Positions 35,296-46,732 of a DNA stretch of 64,000 nucleotides are shown here, in pieces; positions within the stretch are counted from its first letter, which is position 1; every line of letters starts with the position of its first letter. The translations under genes were made by a program, and so were the position numbers. The stretch spans positions 124,001 to 188,000 of the forward strand of contig QPGO01000127.1 of NCBI GenBank assembly GCA_008632985.1, written 5' to 3'. The stretch comes from Psammoneis japonica (taxonomy: Eukaryota). The notes under the pieces are model-generated. The model was not told the origin of the DNA, did no database searches, and saw nothing but the letters and a program-made list of their open reading frames with translations.

Positions 35296-35741
35296 ATTGC
35301 TTAGTCTAATGCTTTGGTTTGGATGTTGCAGCAAGAAAATGACAAGCGAGAAATTGTTCGTGCATTCGTTTTCGCATTTCCCGAAACAGTGCTCAGAAGC
35401 GCGAAGCGGCTGATGTCTGATGTCAACTCACTTCAACTTGAGCACGCACGGGACAGCGCGAAGACGTTAGCCAGTCCACGCACCCGTGGAGCTTCTTTCA
35501 GGCCAGTCAAAGACAAACAAATAGCCTTGTCGATGCAATGTCGTACGGTAGGTAAGCAACACGACGTCCCGCCCCTTTGTTTCGCCTATTGGAGTTACAA
35601 TTGTAGAAACGTCCCTCGACAGCGTTTGGTCTCGTAGGACAACAAAATATTGTCTAGTTGCCACCAAAAGTTTCCAGCCGAACTCGATGTCGTGAGCAAT
35701 TCAAGAAAGACGAGATTCACTTTTAAACGTCGACTTTGTAG

Positions 35742-37374
35742 TCAAGCAATGCTTTTCTCGTTTTCCGAAAAATATCGCTTTCGCTGTTCTTTGCATTCGG
35801 GTGTCTTTGTCCAAGAACAGCACATGTTGTATTCTCTGTTTTCCAAGTCTTGCATGCACGTAGGCAGCTCTCGTGATAGGCCGCATCCTTCCCTCACAAA
35901 GTCAAACAGCAACATGTGAAAGTTGGAACAACAGTTTCCAAACACACGAGTTGCATGAAAATGCATCTGCATGGCGAGCAACGAATTAAACATAACTTCC
36001 TCGGACGACCCATGAAACTCTTTTGGCCTTCCTGAGTCTTGCGCTACATCGTTGCGATTGACGACAAAGTCAAACGAGACATCCAACGATGCGTTGTTTT
36101 GGTAGTGGTTGATCTGGTTCATAATGTTACTGTCTTCCGAAGTCACGATGAGGTATGGACGTTGATTGGGATATTGATTCTGGAATGTCTCTTTTGCCAA
36201 TGACATGTACGTTTCGAATTCCAGGCATGTGCTTTCAACCTGGCATTTGTCAGTCCCCCGAATCGGCATCCCCACCAATGCTACTTCTGATTGATCCGTC
36301 ACACTGTTTGTGTGTGGCATTATTTCCGCGATTCGCTGGGACAGTGATGCTTTTACAGAAGGACTCGGCTGAAGCAAGAATAGAGATATTGCATGATGAA
36401 TCTTGCTGAGAAGATATGGATATTTCCATTGATCACTCCCTTTAGAGTGAATGATCGGTGGTGTGTGCCTCAGCTTTTTTAAAGCCTGCTCCAATACCTC
36501 AGCAAAGGATGGGTCCGGGTGTAATTGAACAAGTTCTTGCACAAGAACACGCGCTCGTTCGAAAACCTTGAAAGAAGCGGTACTCAATACTCCACTCTTG
36601 TCGCTTTCGACAGCGCTGCGAACCGAGAACATATAGTCTACAACCACAACCTGTTCATCCCTCACGAAATCGGGCAAGGTAAAATTGTTCTTGGCGTTTG
36701 GTGATAGAGTCGTATTCAACACAATAGCGTGTTCTGTGAGATACGACGTGTTGCAATGAGTCGTGGGAGAAAACTGCCAAGGGACCTTGTTGTTACGCTT
36801 CCAACCAGGATTATCTAGAAAGTAGGGAATCCGGTCCATGGAGAGCGCAATCAAAAAGTAAGGAACGAGATAAACCCGCACTGCCGCACCCAAACCAAGC
36901 ACCGGATATGGCGTCGCCACGTATTTTGCATCGCTACACTCGTACTGAGGCGCGGGGCTCCCAAATTGTCCCAATGGCTTTCCCGCTTCGATTATAGGTC
37001 TATGGATTAAATCGTGGATACTCAAGTAAATGAGTTTAAACTCCCAATCATCGACTTGACTTGCATCTGATGCATTCCAGATTTGTTTTCCAGGCTTAAG
37101 GCTGCGGAAATCTCCTTTTTCGTGACATATTGTGTTTCCCAACACGGACTCGATCTTTCCAAACAAGTCTGCTTGCTCATGACTGGTCTCTGTATCGCTC
37201 GTCTCTAGACTTCGTCGTGATAGTCCTTTTCGTGCTTCGACTGTTATCTCTTCGGTATGACGTAGCAGGTTAAGAGTCGTCGTCAAGTAGTGGGGGTCCG
37301 ATGATGACTTGCAGTATTACCACAACAACGATAAGCAGCAACAACTGAAGTTTGAGCCAACTTGTGTGATTCAT
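35742..37374 (-). CDS. GT23-like paralog 3 (one frameshift at a C5 run near 37292-37296)
   Basis: The MNHTSWLKLQLLLIVVVVILQVIIGP leader joins the 514-aa ORF if one C is removed. Same motifs (VGMPIRGTDKC, YLIVTSED, FGNCCSNF). Confidence 0.75.
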
Positions 37375-37732
37375 GAGACACAAATAGATATTCTCGTTTG
37401 TACTTCTGACAAGGACGACTCTTGCGCAGCAGATCTCTCATAACATCGTTTCTCTCGCAGTCTCTTACGGTACCACTTCTTCCGAATCGCCAACAGCATG
37501 ATGTGCTTGTTTCAGTCTGTTCTCCGCGGTCATTATTGTGCCTCAATTTGTTTTTTAAGCCCACCATGCAAATGACCCAAAAACTATGTCCGTCCACTAT
37601 GATATTTTGAATACAAGTACCACACAAGGTACCATACATTTATCTCCTCATTTTTTTTTCCAGCGTAACTGTAGCATAGAAAGTCACAACCCAAAGTAGT
37701 TATTGCTAAACCAGGCATGAGCATGAAGGGAC

Positions 37733-40700
37733 ATGGCGCCTTTACCTCTTTTCTTAATAGCGGCTGTTATAATGCTATGTTGTAATCCACTTGTCAAGGC
37801 CGGTTTTCCGAGCAACATGAGTGCACGAGATAAAGAAAAACTCGGGGGCATGATGAACGGACAACTTGCGATCCCCGATGCCATGCCGCTGTTTGTAAAG
37901 TACAAAAACAACAAAGGCAAAAGGGTTGCAAAGCGCTGGGCAAAGAACAAAAAGTTTGTAAAACATTTTCCAAAGCGCAAAATTGTGATTCTTCATGCCA
38001 AAAACAGCACCGCTCTTAGGATTCTCACCAAGAGCCGCGTCATTGCCTACGTCGAACCGGTTCACAAGGTGCATGCTCTGCCAGTAGGCGAGCATATACG
38101 AATGCTACATGCTCGTGTTTTAGAGGAACATATTGGCTATGGAGTCAAAATGGTACAGGCAGACAAATTATGGGACCTTCCTGCATCAAAGGACAAAATC
38201 ACGGTATGCGTCATCGACAGCGGATACGGGTTGGGGCACCCTGATTTGCCTAGCTTGGACAACAACGTTACTGGAACTTCGACAAGAACTGGCGATTGGA
38301 GACAAGACGGGTACGGTCATGGTACACATTGTTGTGGGATTATTGGCGCGGTTGGCGGCAATGACATGGGGGTTACAGGTGTGATAAGAGATCCTGCAAG
38401 ATTCAAGTTCCACATTGGAAAATGTTTGGATAGCAACGGAGACGGTACTGAGGGCGAAGTGTTGGATGCGTTCGACAAATGTAGAGATGCCGGAGCAAAA
38501 GTCATTAGCATGAGTCTAGGTGGAGACGATTACAGCGAGTCAATCCGGAGTGCTTGTAAGGATGCCTATGATGAAGGTGTTCTCGTGGTTGCTGCATCTG
38601 GGAATGGGGGGAACTCAGACTATTCATACCCAGCGTCGTTCCCAGAGGTCGTGTCCGTTGCAGCTGTTGATCAATTTATGAAGGTCGCTAGTTTCTCTCA
38701 ATACAACGACCAAGTAGAGATCAGTGCGCCTGGGGTTGATATTATTTCCACAGTCGTGACTAACAACGGACAAGATTTCGGCTACGAAAGATGGTCGGGA
38801 ACATCAATGAGTACTCCGTTCGTTGCTGGAGTAGCTGCAATGGTTTGGTCATACTTTCCTGAGTGCTCCAACAACCAGATCAGAAATGTTCTTATTCGAA
38901 CTGCAAAAGTTAGAGGTCGCCCCGGATGTAATGACGAGCTGGGGTTTGGCGTCGTACAAGCCAAGGATACATATGAACTGCTTAGGAAAGACGGATGCAT
39001 TGCAGGCGGCTTAGATCCTGCCATTTTGTCGGATGGCGCGGTGGGGGGGTGTCTTCAGGACCCACTGTATACAGCGTCTCCCACGGAAGCTCCCACCCCA
39101 TTCAGCTGTGAAGAGACGGTGTTTCGACTCGAGTTAACCACCGACAACTGGGCCGAGGAGACTTCATGGGTGGTAGCAAACTCTTCCAACGAGGTTGTGG
39201 GTTCCGGTGGGTCATACCGTGATTCCAACGTGTATACCGAGAACCTGTGCTTACCTCCTGATGAGTACACTTTTACTTTACGGGATTCCGGCAAGGATGG
39301 AATTTGTTGTGCTTATGGTCAAGGAGGCTATGAAATTTATTTCGATGAAAAACTTGTAAAGAAGGGTGGAAAGTTTGAAACTGAAGACACGGCTCTTTTT
39401 GGAGAGGTGTATGAGACCGACATAACGCCATCTCCAACCGCAACTTCCAGTGTGTGTCAAGATGACAACAAATGGACTTTCGTTACTTCTAGAGGAGTTA
39501 CAAAGAAATGCAAGTATTTGAAGGTGGATTCTACTTCGCGGTGCAAGCTTTTGGGGATCAACAAATCTGGAAAGGCCACTTCTGGCTTCTTCTCTTGCCC
39601 AGTTACTTGTGGTAGATGTTCCCCAAGGCTACCATCATCTCCTGTTACTTCGTCGCCAATGTCTAAGTCTTCAGAAGTGCCAATGACGTTGCTACCAACA
39701 ATATCAACATCACCTCCATCACCACAGCCTACAATTTCGCCTACCAAGTCTCCGACAAGCGTATCAACTGGAAGGTCAACGACGTTTCAGCCTACAGTAT
39801 TACCATCGTTTCCGCCTAATACTTTTCCACCGACGCCATCACCGACAACCCGGCCAACAGCGCTGCCGTCTTCGCAGCCTACAATGTCATCTACACAATA
39901 TCCCACTGCGCTGCCGACACTCCCTCCAATCTCACCTTCAGCATCACAAGACAAATCGTTGACAGTCGTACCGACAGAAGCCCCGACGTTAGCCGCTCCC
40001 ACTCCACCGACGCCAGCTCCAACCCCAACTGAGGCACTGCATACCAAAAGCCCGACATTGTCTCCAACTATGGCGCCCCCACCGCGGACGCTGGCCCCAA
40101 CTACAAAGTCGCCTACCAAGATGCCAACAAGATCTCCGACATTATCACCGACCGTAGCTCCCACGCCACCGCCGCTACCCGACGAGCCGTGTGATACCAA
40201 TTATTGCAATTTCTACGACATTGCCTGTGTCAAGGAATCCAAATTTCCGTATATCTCTACTTCGAATGGGGAGTCATATCTATGCTGTGTAGGCTCCGGC
40301 TTTTGTAAGGACTATCGAGATGGCAGAAACCCCTCCAGTGTTCAAGGTAGCAGCTATGATTACCTCTGCTGTCGGGGGAAGCAGACATGCTCCGGTTCGC
40401 ACATTGAACTACCTCGCAAGGGAGCTTGCTGCCAAAGCACAAATTCCTGCAAGTTCTCAACGTTTACGAGATCCAATTCCATATCTGGTAGCATTGGACT
40501 GAGGTGTGAAGGCACTCAATCCTGCAAAGACACCGACTTTAAGAATGCTGGGCCGATGGACTTTTGCTGCACAAGCGACGGAGATCAGACGTGTGCAAGA
40601 ATGATTGAACCTGACATGGATAGCAGGGTGAATATGTTGACAAGAGATCCTCCCACCATCCCATCAGCACCAGAAACAGTATTAGCCCCAAGCACGGCTC

Positions 40701-41191
40701 TCGAAGAGCCCCCAACCGCACCACCTGACGAGCCGTGTGATACAAATTATTGCAATTTCTGCGACATTGCGTGTGTCAAAGAATCCAAACTTCCATACAC
40801 CGCTACTGTGAATGGGGAATCGTATTTGTGCTGTGTAGGCGAAAGCACATGTAAGGACTACCGAGAAGGCAGCAAACCCTCCAGTGTTGCTGGCCATGGC
40901 CATGATTATCTCTGTTGTCGCGGAAAGCATACATGCTCCGATTCACAAGTTGAGCTTCCTCGAAAAGGTGGTTGTTGCCAAAACATAAAGGCATGCAAGT
41001 CTTCGACATTTACGAGGTACAATTCCATTTCTGGCAGTATTGGACTAAGGTGTGAAGGTACCCACGCCTGCAAAGATTCTGACTTTAGGGGCGCTGGGCC
41101 AATGAACTTTTGCTGTATCAACGAAAAAGATAAAGCTTGCAGTAGAATGATTGACCTGGAAGCAAGCAGTCAGGTGGTCTTCTTACCTTGA
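37733..41191 (+). CDS. Secreted subtilisin-like (S8) protease with C-terminal accessory domains, Pro/Thr/Ser linker and two Cys-rich repeats
   Basis: Signal peptide; triad VCVIDSG / HGTHCCG / SGTSMSTPFVAG; AASGN oxyanion site; RVL before the catalytic domain; repeats starting PDEPCDTNYCNF x2. Confidence 0.93.
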   Translation: MAPLPLFLIAAVIMLCCNPLVKAGFPSNMSARDKEKLGGMMNGQLAIPDAMPLFVKYKNNKGKRVAKRWAKNKKFVKHFPKRKIVILHAKNSTALRILTKSRVIAYVEPVHKVHALPVGEHIRMLHARVLEEHIGYGVKMVQADKLWDLPASKDKITVCVIDSGYGLGHPDLPSLDNNVTGTSTRTGDWRQDGYGHGTHCCGIIGAVGGNDMGVTGVIRDPARFKFHIGKCLDSNGDGTEGEVLDAFDKCRDAGAKVISMSLGGDDYSESIRSACKDAYDEGVLVVAASGNGGNSDYSYPASFPEVVSVAAVDQFMKVASFSQYNDQVEISAPGVDIISTVVTNNGQDFGYERWSGTSMSTPFVAGVAAMVWSYFPECSNNQIRNVLIRTAKVRGRPGCNDELGFGVVQAKDTYELLRKDGCIAGGLDPAILSDGAVGGCLQDPLYTASPTEAPTPFSCEETVFRLELTTDNWAEETSWVVANSSNEVVGSGGSYRDSNVYTENLCLPPDEYTFTLRDSGKDGICCAYGQGGYEIYFDEKLVKKGGKFETEDTALFGEVYETDITPSPTATSSVCQDDNKWTFVTSRGVTKKCKYLKVDSTSRCKLLGINKSGKATSGFFSCPVTCGRCSPRLPSSPVTSSPMSKSSEVPMTLLPTISTSPPSPQPTISPTKSPTSVSTGRSTTFQPTVLPSFPPNTFPPTPSPTTRPTALPSSQPTMSSTQYPTALPTLPPISPSASQDKSLTVVPTEAPTLAAPTPPTPAPTPTEALHTKSPTLSPTMAPPPRTLAPTTKSPTKMPTRSPTLSPTVAPTPPPLPDEPCDTNYCNFYDIACVKESKFPYISTSNGESYLCCVGSGFCKDYRDGRNPSSVQGSSYDYLCCRGKQTCSGSHIELPRKGACCQSTNSCKFSTFTRSNSISGSIGLRCEGTQSCKDTDFKNAGPMDFCCTSDGDQTCARMIEPDMDSRVNMLTRDPPTIPSAPETVLAPSTALEEPPTAPPDEPCDTNYCNFCDIACVKESKLPYTATVNGESYLCCVGESTCKDYREGSKPSSVAGHGHDYLCCRGKHTCSDSQVELPRKGGCCQNIKACKSSTFTRYNSISGSIGLRCEGTHACKDSDFRGAGPMNFCCINEKDKACSRMIDLEASSQVVFLP

Positions 41192-41479
41192 GATCATATG
41201 AGAGTTGCGGGCGAGCACTGGTGCACTCTGAGGAAATAACATTTGTCCGTGCATCCTCCATTTCAGCAGGTAGACAATGACGCTACGTGACAAAAATGCT
41301 CTCTCTTAGAGGGAAGCCCTGAAGCGGACTTTGGTAATATAGTGGGTGCTGTTCGGGTAAACGCATTATTACTGCGAGAATTCGTGACTCGAATCTATCA
41401 CTGCTAGCTCTCTTAGACAGGGCCCCATCGATAGTAACTCTACTCTACTCTTTAGATAGTAGCCAGCTACTAACTAGCT

Positions 41480-41497
41480 AGAGAGAGAGAGAGAGAG
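41480..41497. repeat. (AG)n microsatellite inside a CTAG/TAG-rich tract
   Basis: agagagagagagagagag. Confidence 0.9.
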
Positions 41498-41559
41498 CAC
41501 GGCACTGTTAGAGAGTAGGGCCTACTCTCTACTCTCTTGCTGGATGGCAAAGATTGCAC

Positions 41560-41730
41560 TTCCGGAATGCTCTCCGATTTACCTCGTCTCTTCCCGCTCC
41601 GTCATCACCCAATCCCTCTACCAAACGCCCTCTACCAGGTCCTGCGTTTTGTGCCCGTTTTATTCTGCCGTCACTGCAGCCACTTCCGTGCCTCCGTCTG
41701 CTGTTCCCTTCCGCTCTACATGGGCTCTTT
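41560..41730 (+). mobile_element. 5'-truncated 3' fragment of the non-LTR element at 1-470
   Basis: Matches ~310-470, e.g. tccgtgcctccgtctgctgttcccttccgctctacat versus tccgtgcctccctctgctgttaccttccgctctacat. Confidence 0.75.
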
Positions 41731-41774
41731 CACTTTGCACTTAGTGTAAAATGACCTTCACTTTCGGACCTCGT

Positions 41775-44540
41775 AATGAGGCACTTCCCCCTGTCTTTTC
41801 CAGCGCAGAGCATGGCAGGAAATGTCACACAACTTTCTTGCCAAACCAGGTGGGCATGAGCACAAAGGGACATGGCACCTTCACCTCTTTTCCAACAATG
41901 GTTGCTGCAATGCTGTTGCAATCCACTTGTCAAGGCCAGTTTTCCAAGTGACAGCATGAGCGCACAAGATGAAGAAAAAATGCAGCGCAAGACGAGCTGA
42001 CAAAAGCTGTGATTTTCCTGACACTTTTGCCATTGTCAGCAAAGCACAAAAACAACAAAGGCAATGAAATTGCAAAGAAATTGGGCAATGAACAAACAGG
42101 CAAGGTTGAAGACCTGCTTTCTCTCTCAAAGCTCAGAACCGGGTGGGGGTGGCTCTTGATGCAAAAACAGCACACCGCACTTCCAAGGTGTGCACTCTGA
42201 CTGCTGGAGCAAGACAAGCCTGTGCAGGTGTGGCATGCTTGTGTTCTGGAGAAAGCCATTGACCACAGCTTCAAAATGGTGCAGATGAAAAGGTGGTGCT
42301 CCTTGCAGTGTGCATTGCAATGAACAAAATCACAGCATGCACCATTGGCAGCAGAGCAGGTGTGGGTTGCAGCACCCCATGATCTGACTGGCACTGCTGA
42401 ACCTTTCAGAAGAACTGGGGATTAGAGACAGTTTGGGTGTGGTCACAGCATGCGCCACTGTTGTGACATTGTTGGTGGTGCCATTGGCAGCAAAATGATG
42501 CTGCAGGGGCTGCACATGCACAAGATGCAAGAAAGGGCAAGACAAAAGTTTCATGCACACACTGAAAACATTTGGATCAAAACAGAGACAGCATTGAGGG
42601 CAGCACATTGGGTGCATTGAAAAATTGTAAAAGTGCCAGAGCAAAAGACGTTGGCATGAATCCAGATCGTGATGACTGCAGCAAATTAATTTGTGGCATT
42701 CAACTTGCAAGGGTTCTCATGGTGAAGGTGTTTTGCTGGCAGTTGGCACAAAAGGACATTGTGAGATTTAGACCATTGACAACCAGCCACAGCCCCAGAG
42801 GCCAGCCATGACGGTTGATCAGCTCACAAACATCTCAGCTTTCTCTCAGTGTGACAGACAAGCAGCCTCCAGAGCCCAAGCCAAGAAGCTGCCAATGACA
42901 TCACCATCAACAGCACCACCATCATGATTGCAGCCTGCACAATGCCATCTCTTGTGCCAAATCTCCAGCAATGATGACAGCTGGAAGACCAACAACATTT
43001 CAGCCTGCAGCATTGACTCACTGTCATTTCTGCCTGGTGTTTTTCCACTGACGCACCACCATCAGCAGCACTGCCACCACTGTCATGGCCTGCAATGTCA
43101 CCCAGCTCCAGAAATCTCCCATGGGGACACAGACATTTCCTTCAATCTCACCTTGAGCATGTCACAAAACAAAACAATCACCGAACAAGACCATGCTGGC
43201 AGTGTGCTAGAAGCACCAACACCAGCTGCTGCCACTCCACACATGGTGCCAACTCCAACCCAAACCAAGGCACTTCAGTGTGCCAATGACCCAGCACTGT
43301 CTCCAACTTTGGCTCTCCCACTGCATTGATGCTGACCCCAGCCACAACCTTCTTGCCTGCCAAGATGCAACCAGCAAGGCAGATCTGTGACGTTGTTGCT
43401 GGCCGCAGCTTTTGTGCTGCTGCTGCCACCATCCAGCAAGCCATGGGATGACTGAGATTGCAAAAGTCCCTTGCTCAGCATTGCTGGCCCCACCAGCATG
43501 GTTGTGGCTGTGTGGTGGTCACATTTTTTGTTGCAGAAAAAGCAAGCATGCTCCAACTCACAACAGCTCAAAAATGTGGTCACACTGGCTGCCACAACAC
43601 AAAAACATGTTTTTGGCATTTGTCAGGCACACACCTCCATTTTTGGTGTCACTGGACCAAGGTGAAGGGGGGGGGCACAAAGCCTTGACAAAGACACCAG
43701 TGCACTGTCATCACCACCAAGAAAGACTGGCTTCAGCAGAGAGCGACTGACCTGGCTCGAAGCATGCAGCCAGGTGGTTTCCTCACTTAGAGACCCACCA
43801 AAAGTTGTGTGGAGTGCTGGCACATTCTCAGCAAAGAGCTCCAGTTGTCTGTGTGGATCAGATCCAGCCCCACTTGAGCATGAGAGAGAGAGAGAGATGA
43901 CGGTGCTGAGCCACAAAACTGCTCTCCAGCGGCGGTTGTCTGTGCAAGCAAATGCCATGTTTGCCCTGAGTGTGTTGTGAACTTGGCATTTTGACTCCAA
44001 ATGCCACCACCATTTTTCCAAATGTGCCCTGGTTCTTTCTCCACTGGTGGCAAATTTTCTGTTGATGGCAAAGCGCCGCCAAACAACACCTCACCGCCAG
44101 GGCACAGCAGGGGCACACGGATGACACAAGGGAGAGTCAATCGGAGGTGGCATTTGAAGGCTTCTGAACCCAAGAAATGAGTTCGTTAGTGCACATTTTT
44201 CACACACAAACCACAGCAAAATTTGTGGCATTGCGCTGAATTGGAGCCAGTTCCGCCAGAGCATCATGCGCGCGACATTGCGAGGCATTGTGTTTGTGCA
44301 GATGATGCACCACTGCTCTCTGGCAGAAGGAAGCCCTTCTCAACTGACTTCAACAACAAAGTGGGTGCCGTTGTGTTGGCGGGCAGATGCATTGCTGCGA
44401 GAATTCGTCACTCGGGTGCTCTCGCTTGTGATGCTCACCGACCCTGTGGCACGAGCGTCCGCCAAATCAATTTTATTCCCGGACTGCACTGACCTGGCAG
44501 TTCTTGTTCCCGCCAAGAAACACTTTGTCCTTTGCGAACA
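41775..44540. other. TpA/CpG-depleted decayed domain E
   Basis: TA almost absent. CG returns at ~44220, before TA does. Confidence 0.88.
41843..43795 (+). pseudogene. Decayed, internally deleted tandem copy of the subtilisin gene
   Basis: Colinear homology from the 5' UTR (aagggacatggcaccttcacctcttttc) through the catalytic N-half, linker and Cys repeat to the stop region (caggtggtttcctcacttagaga versus caggtggtcttcttaccttgaga). Confidence 0.9.
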
Positions 44541-44792
44541 GTATGACATTCACGTGCGCAGGACAAACTCATGTACATTACATATGCCCGTGCCATTGTC
44601 TTGTTTTGTCACCTACCCGCGAACTTGCAAATTGCACACAAAGTTGCGAATTACAGTAATCTGTCTTGTTATTGTAGCAACACTCAAGCGCAACTCAGCC
44701 GTGTTCAATAACAGGACAAAGTAATTCAATCATTACTGTACCTCTAGGGAGTCAGTCAAGGTCAACGAGCAAAAGCAATCGCAGCGAGCACG

Positions 44793-46326
44793 ATGCAGCA
44801 CGTGTCATTGTTGCTGGTTGTGGTGGCGTTCTCTGTCTTAGCTTCAGCTCAGTTGGAATCGTTTAAGAAATGTGATGGTGATTGCCGTGGTGAGGACATG
44901 TTATGCGACTTTGGTTTAAACTGCTACGTTCGAGATGACAAAGAAATCATTCCTGGTTGTGAAAACGAAAGCGCAACAGCTGGCAGAGGAGTAGATTTGT
45001 GTTACGTCCCACCTCCCGGCACCCTCGTATATTCTGGCGATGATTACAATGGCGTGTACTTACCTGAGAACACTTTTCCTTTGAAGGCGTGCCAGGTAAA
45101 AGAATTCTCTCCAATTTTTCTCGGAGAATCAAAAATGTGTTTGTGCCGTCGTGACCGTCGTCCCTCACTTGAACGCCGTTTGAATTATCTCCGTATCCTC
45201 TCTACAGGGTGACTGCGATGTGGACAGTGAATGTGAGGGAACGTTGCTCTGTTTCCAGCGTGATGGGGTTGAAGAGGAAAGTACCTTTTTCTTTTTTTAA
45301 TGCGTTTGATCCTCCTTTTTCGCTAACCTGCGGCCTTTCTGAATAAATCGATAGGTTCCTGGCTGTGTCGGAAAAGGCGGCGAGTCAAGGGATTACTGTT
45401 ATGAGCCAAAACAAAAGCCGCCGCCAGTTAAAGAAACTCCAGCACCTTCTCAACGAAAACCAAAAGTCACTCCAAGTCCAACTATGCCACCGCAACCAAA
45501 GCCGGCAAAAGAGACTGAAGCTCCAACTGCGTCTCCAACAATAGACGAATCCTCATCAGGCAATCTTCCCCAACTAAAACTGCTCGATGATGAGTCACTC
45601 CTTCCTTACACAGAGTGTGAAGGGAACTGTAACGGAAATGATTCAGTATGTGGTAATGGGCTTTCATGTTTCGTTCGCAAGTGGAGAGAAGTTGTTCCGG
45701 GGTGTCAAGGCCGCGGAGAGAAGGGAGCGCATTACTGTTATGTACCTCCACCAGGAGTACTTGTCTTTACGAGCTTGACAAAAAGTACACTCGATAGGTG
45801 CGAGGGGCGATGTGAAACTAGTGCTGATTGCAAGGACGGACTATCGTGCTTCATCAGGGAAAAAGAAGAGGAGGTAAGATCCTTTGTGTGCACCAGCAAC
45901 TATTTAAGTGATGAAATTGTTTCAATGGCATTCCTTTCTCAATCTCAGGTTCCTGGGTGCGATGGCATTGGCATTGATACGGTCAATTATTGTTACGATG
46001 AGAAGGATGGCCCACCACCAACCGATTCGCCGACGAGGCTCGAGCCCACGAAGGCACCAAAAGCAAAGAAGCCCACAACAAGCCCCACGCTATCACCAAG
46101 TATCCCAGCATCAACAAAGAAGATCCATTCACCAATGATCAACCCAAATTGGCGCCCTTGGTACGCGAATCCTCGCTGGACAAACCAAAAAGCTGAATAC
46201 AATAGGAATCAGGCCAATGGTCACCAGCATACCTATTGGACAAAATGGCGCCTTGGGAAGTCGCACAAATATCCTCACTGGAAATATGGAAAAGCTGAGC
46301 ACAAGGGAAATTCTAATTGGAATTGA
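44793..46326 (+). CDS. Secreted frustulin-like protein (acidic Cys-rich repeats, Pro-rich linkers, W/Y/K/H-rich tail), 4 exons
   Basis: Signal peptide; four repeats C[DEQ]G[DNR]C....C..GL.CF.R.....VPGC......YCY. Introns ~45096-45207, ~45281-45354, ~45874-45948. Confidence 0.8.
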
Positions 46327-46732
46327 ATGTTGAGGGGAGGCATTACACAAGAATGCGCGACGAAGAAAACCCGAGAAGACGAGATCCGAGACAAACCGCC
46401 GTGCTGCAAAGAAACACCACGGTGACGCACGCTGATCTTTCATGTATATGTATCGATTCTCACATGCACCACCGGTATGTGGGTGCGCCAAGTGCCATGC
46501 CAACTCCTGCGCAATGTTGCGCTGTCCCGCCTCAGCTTGTTCAACTGTTCCATTCTCTAGGATACACTAAGCAAAAGCTTTAGGACTCCACCAGTCGAAG
46601 CGGTCTTGATCCATACCACGCAATCGCAGGTACACACAAAAGCGTATGTAACAGCCACATAAGTCTGTCGAGTTCAAACGAGGATATGCAGCGAGAGTTC
46701 CCTCACTAGCATGAATCCTGTTTAAGCCGTGT

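Noticed and set aside
39787..40200. Gly/Val-rich antisense ORF
   Set aside because: Mirror frame of the Pro/Thr/Ser linker of the subtilisin.
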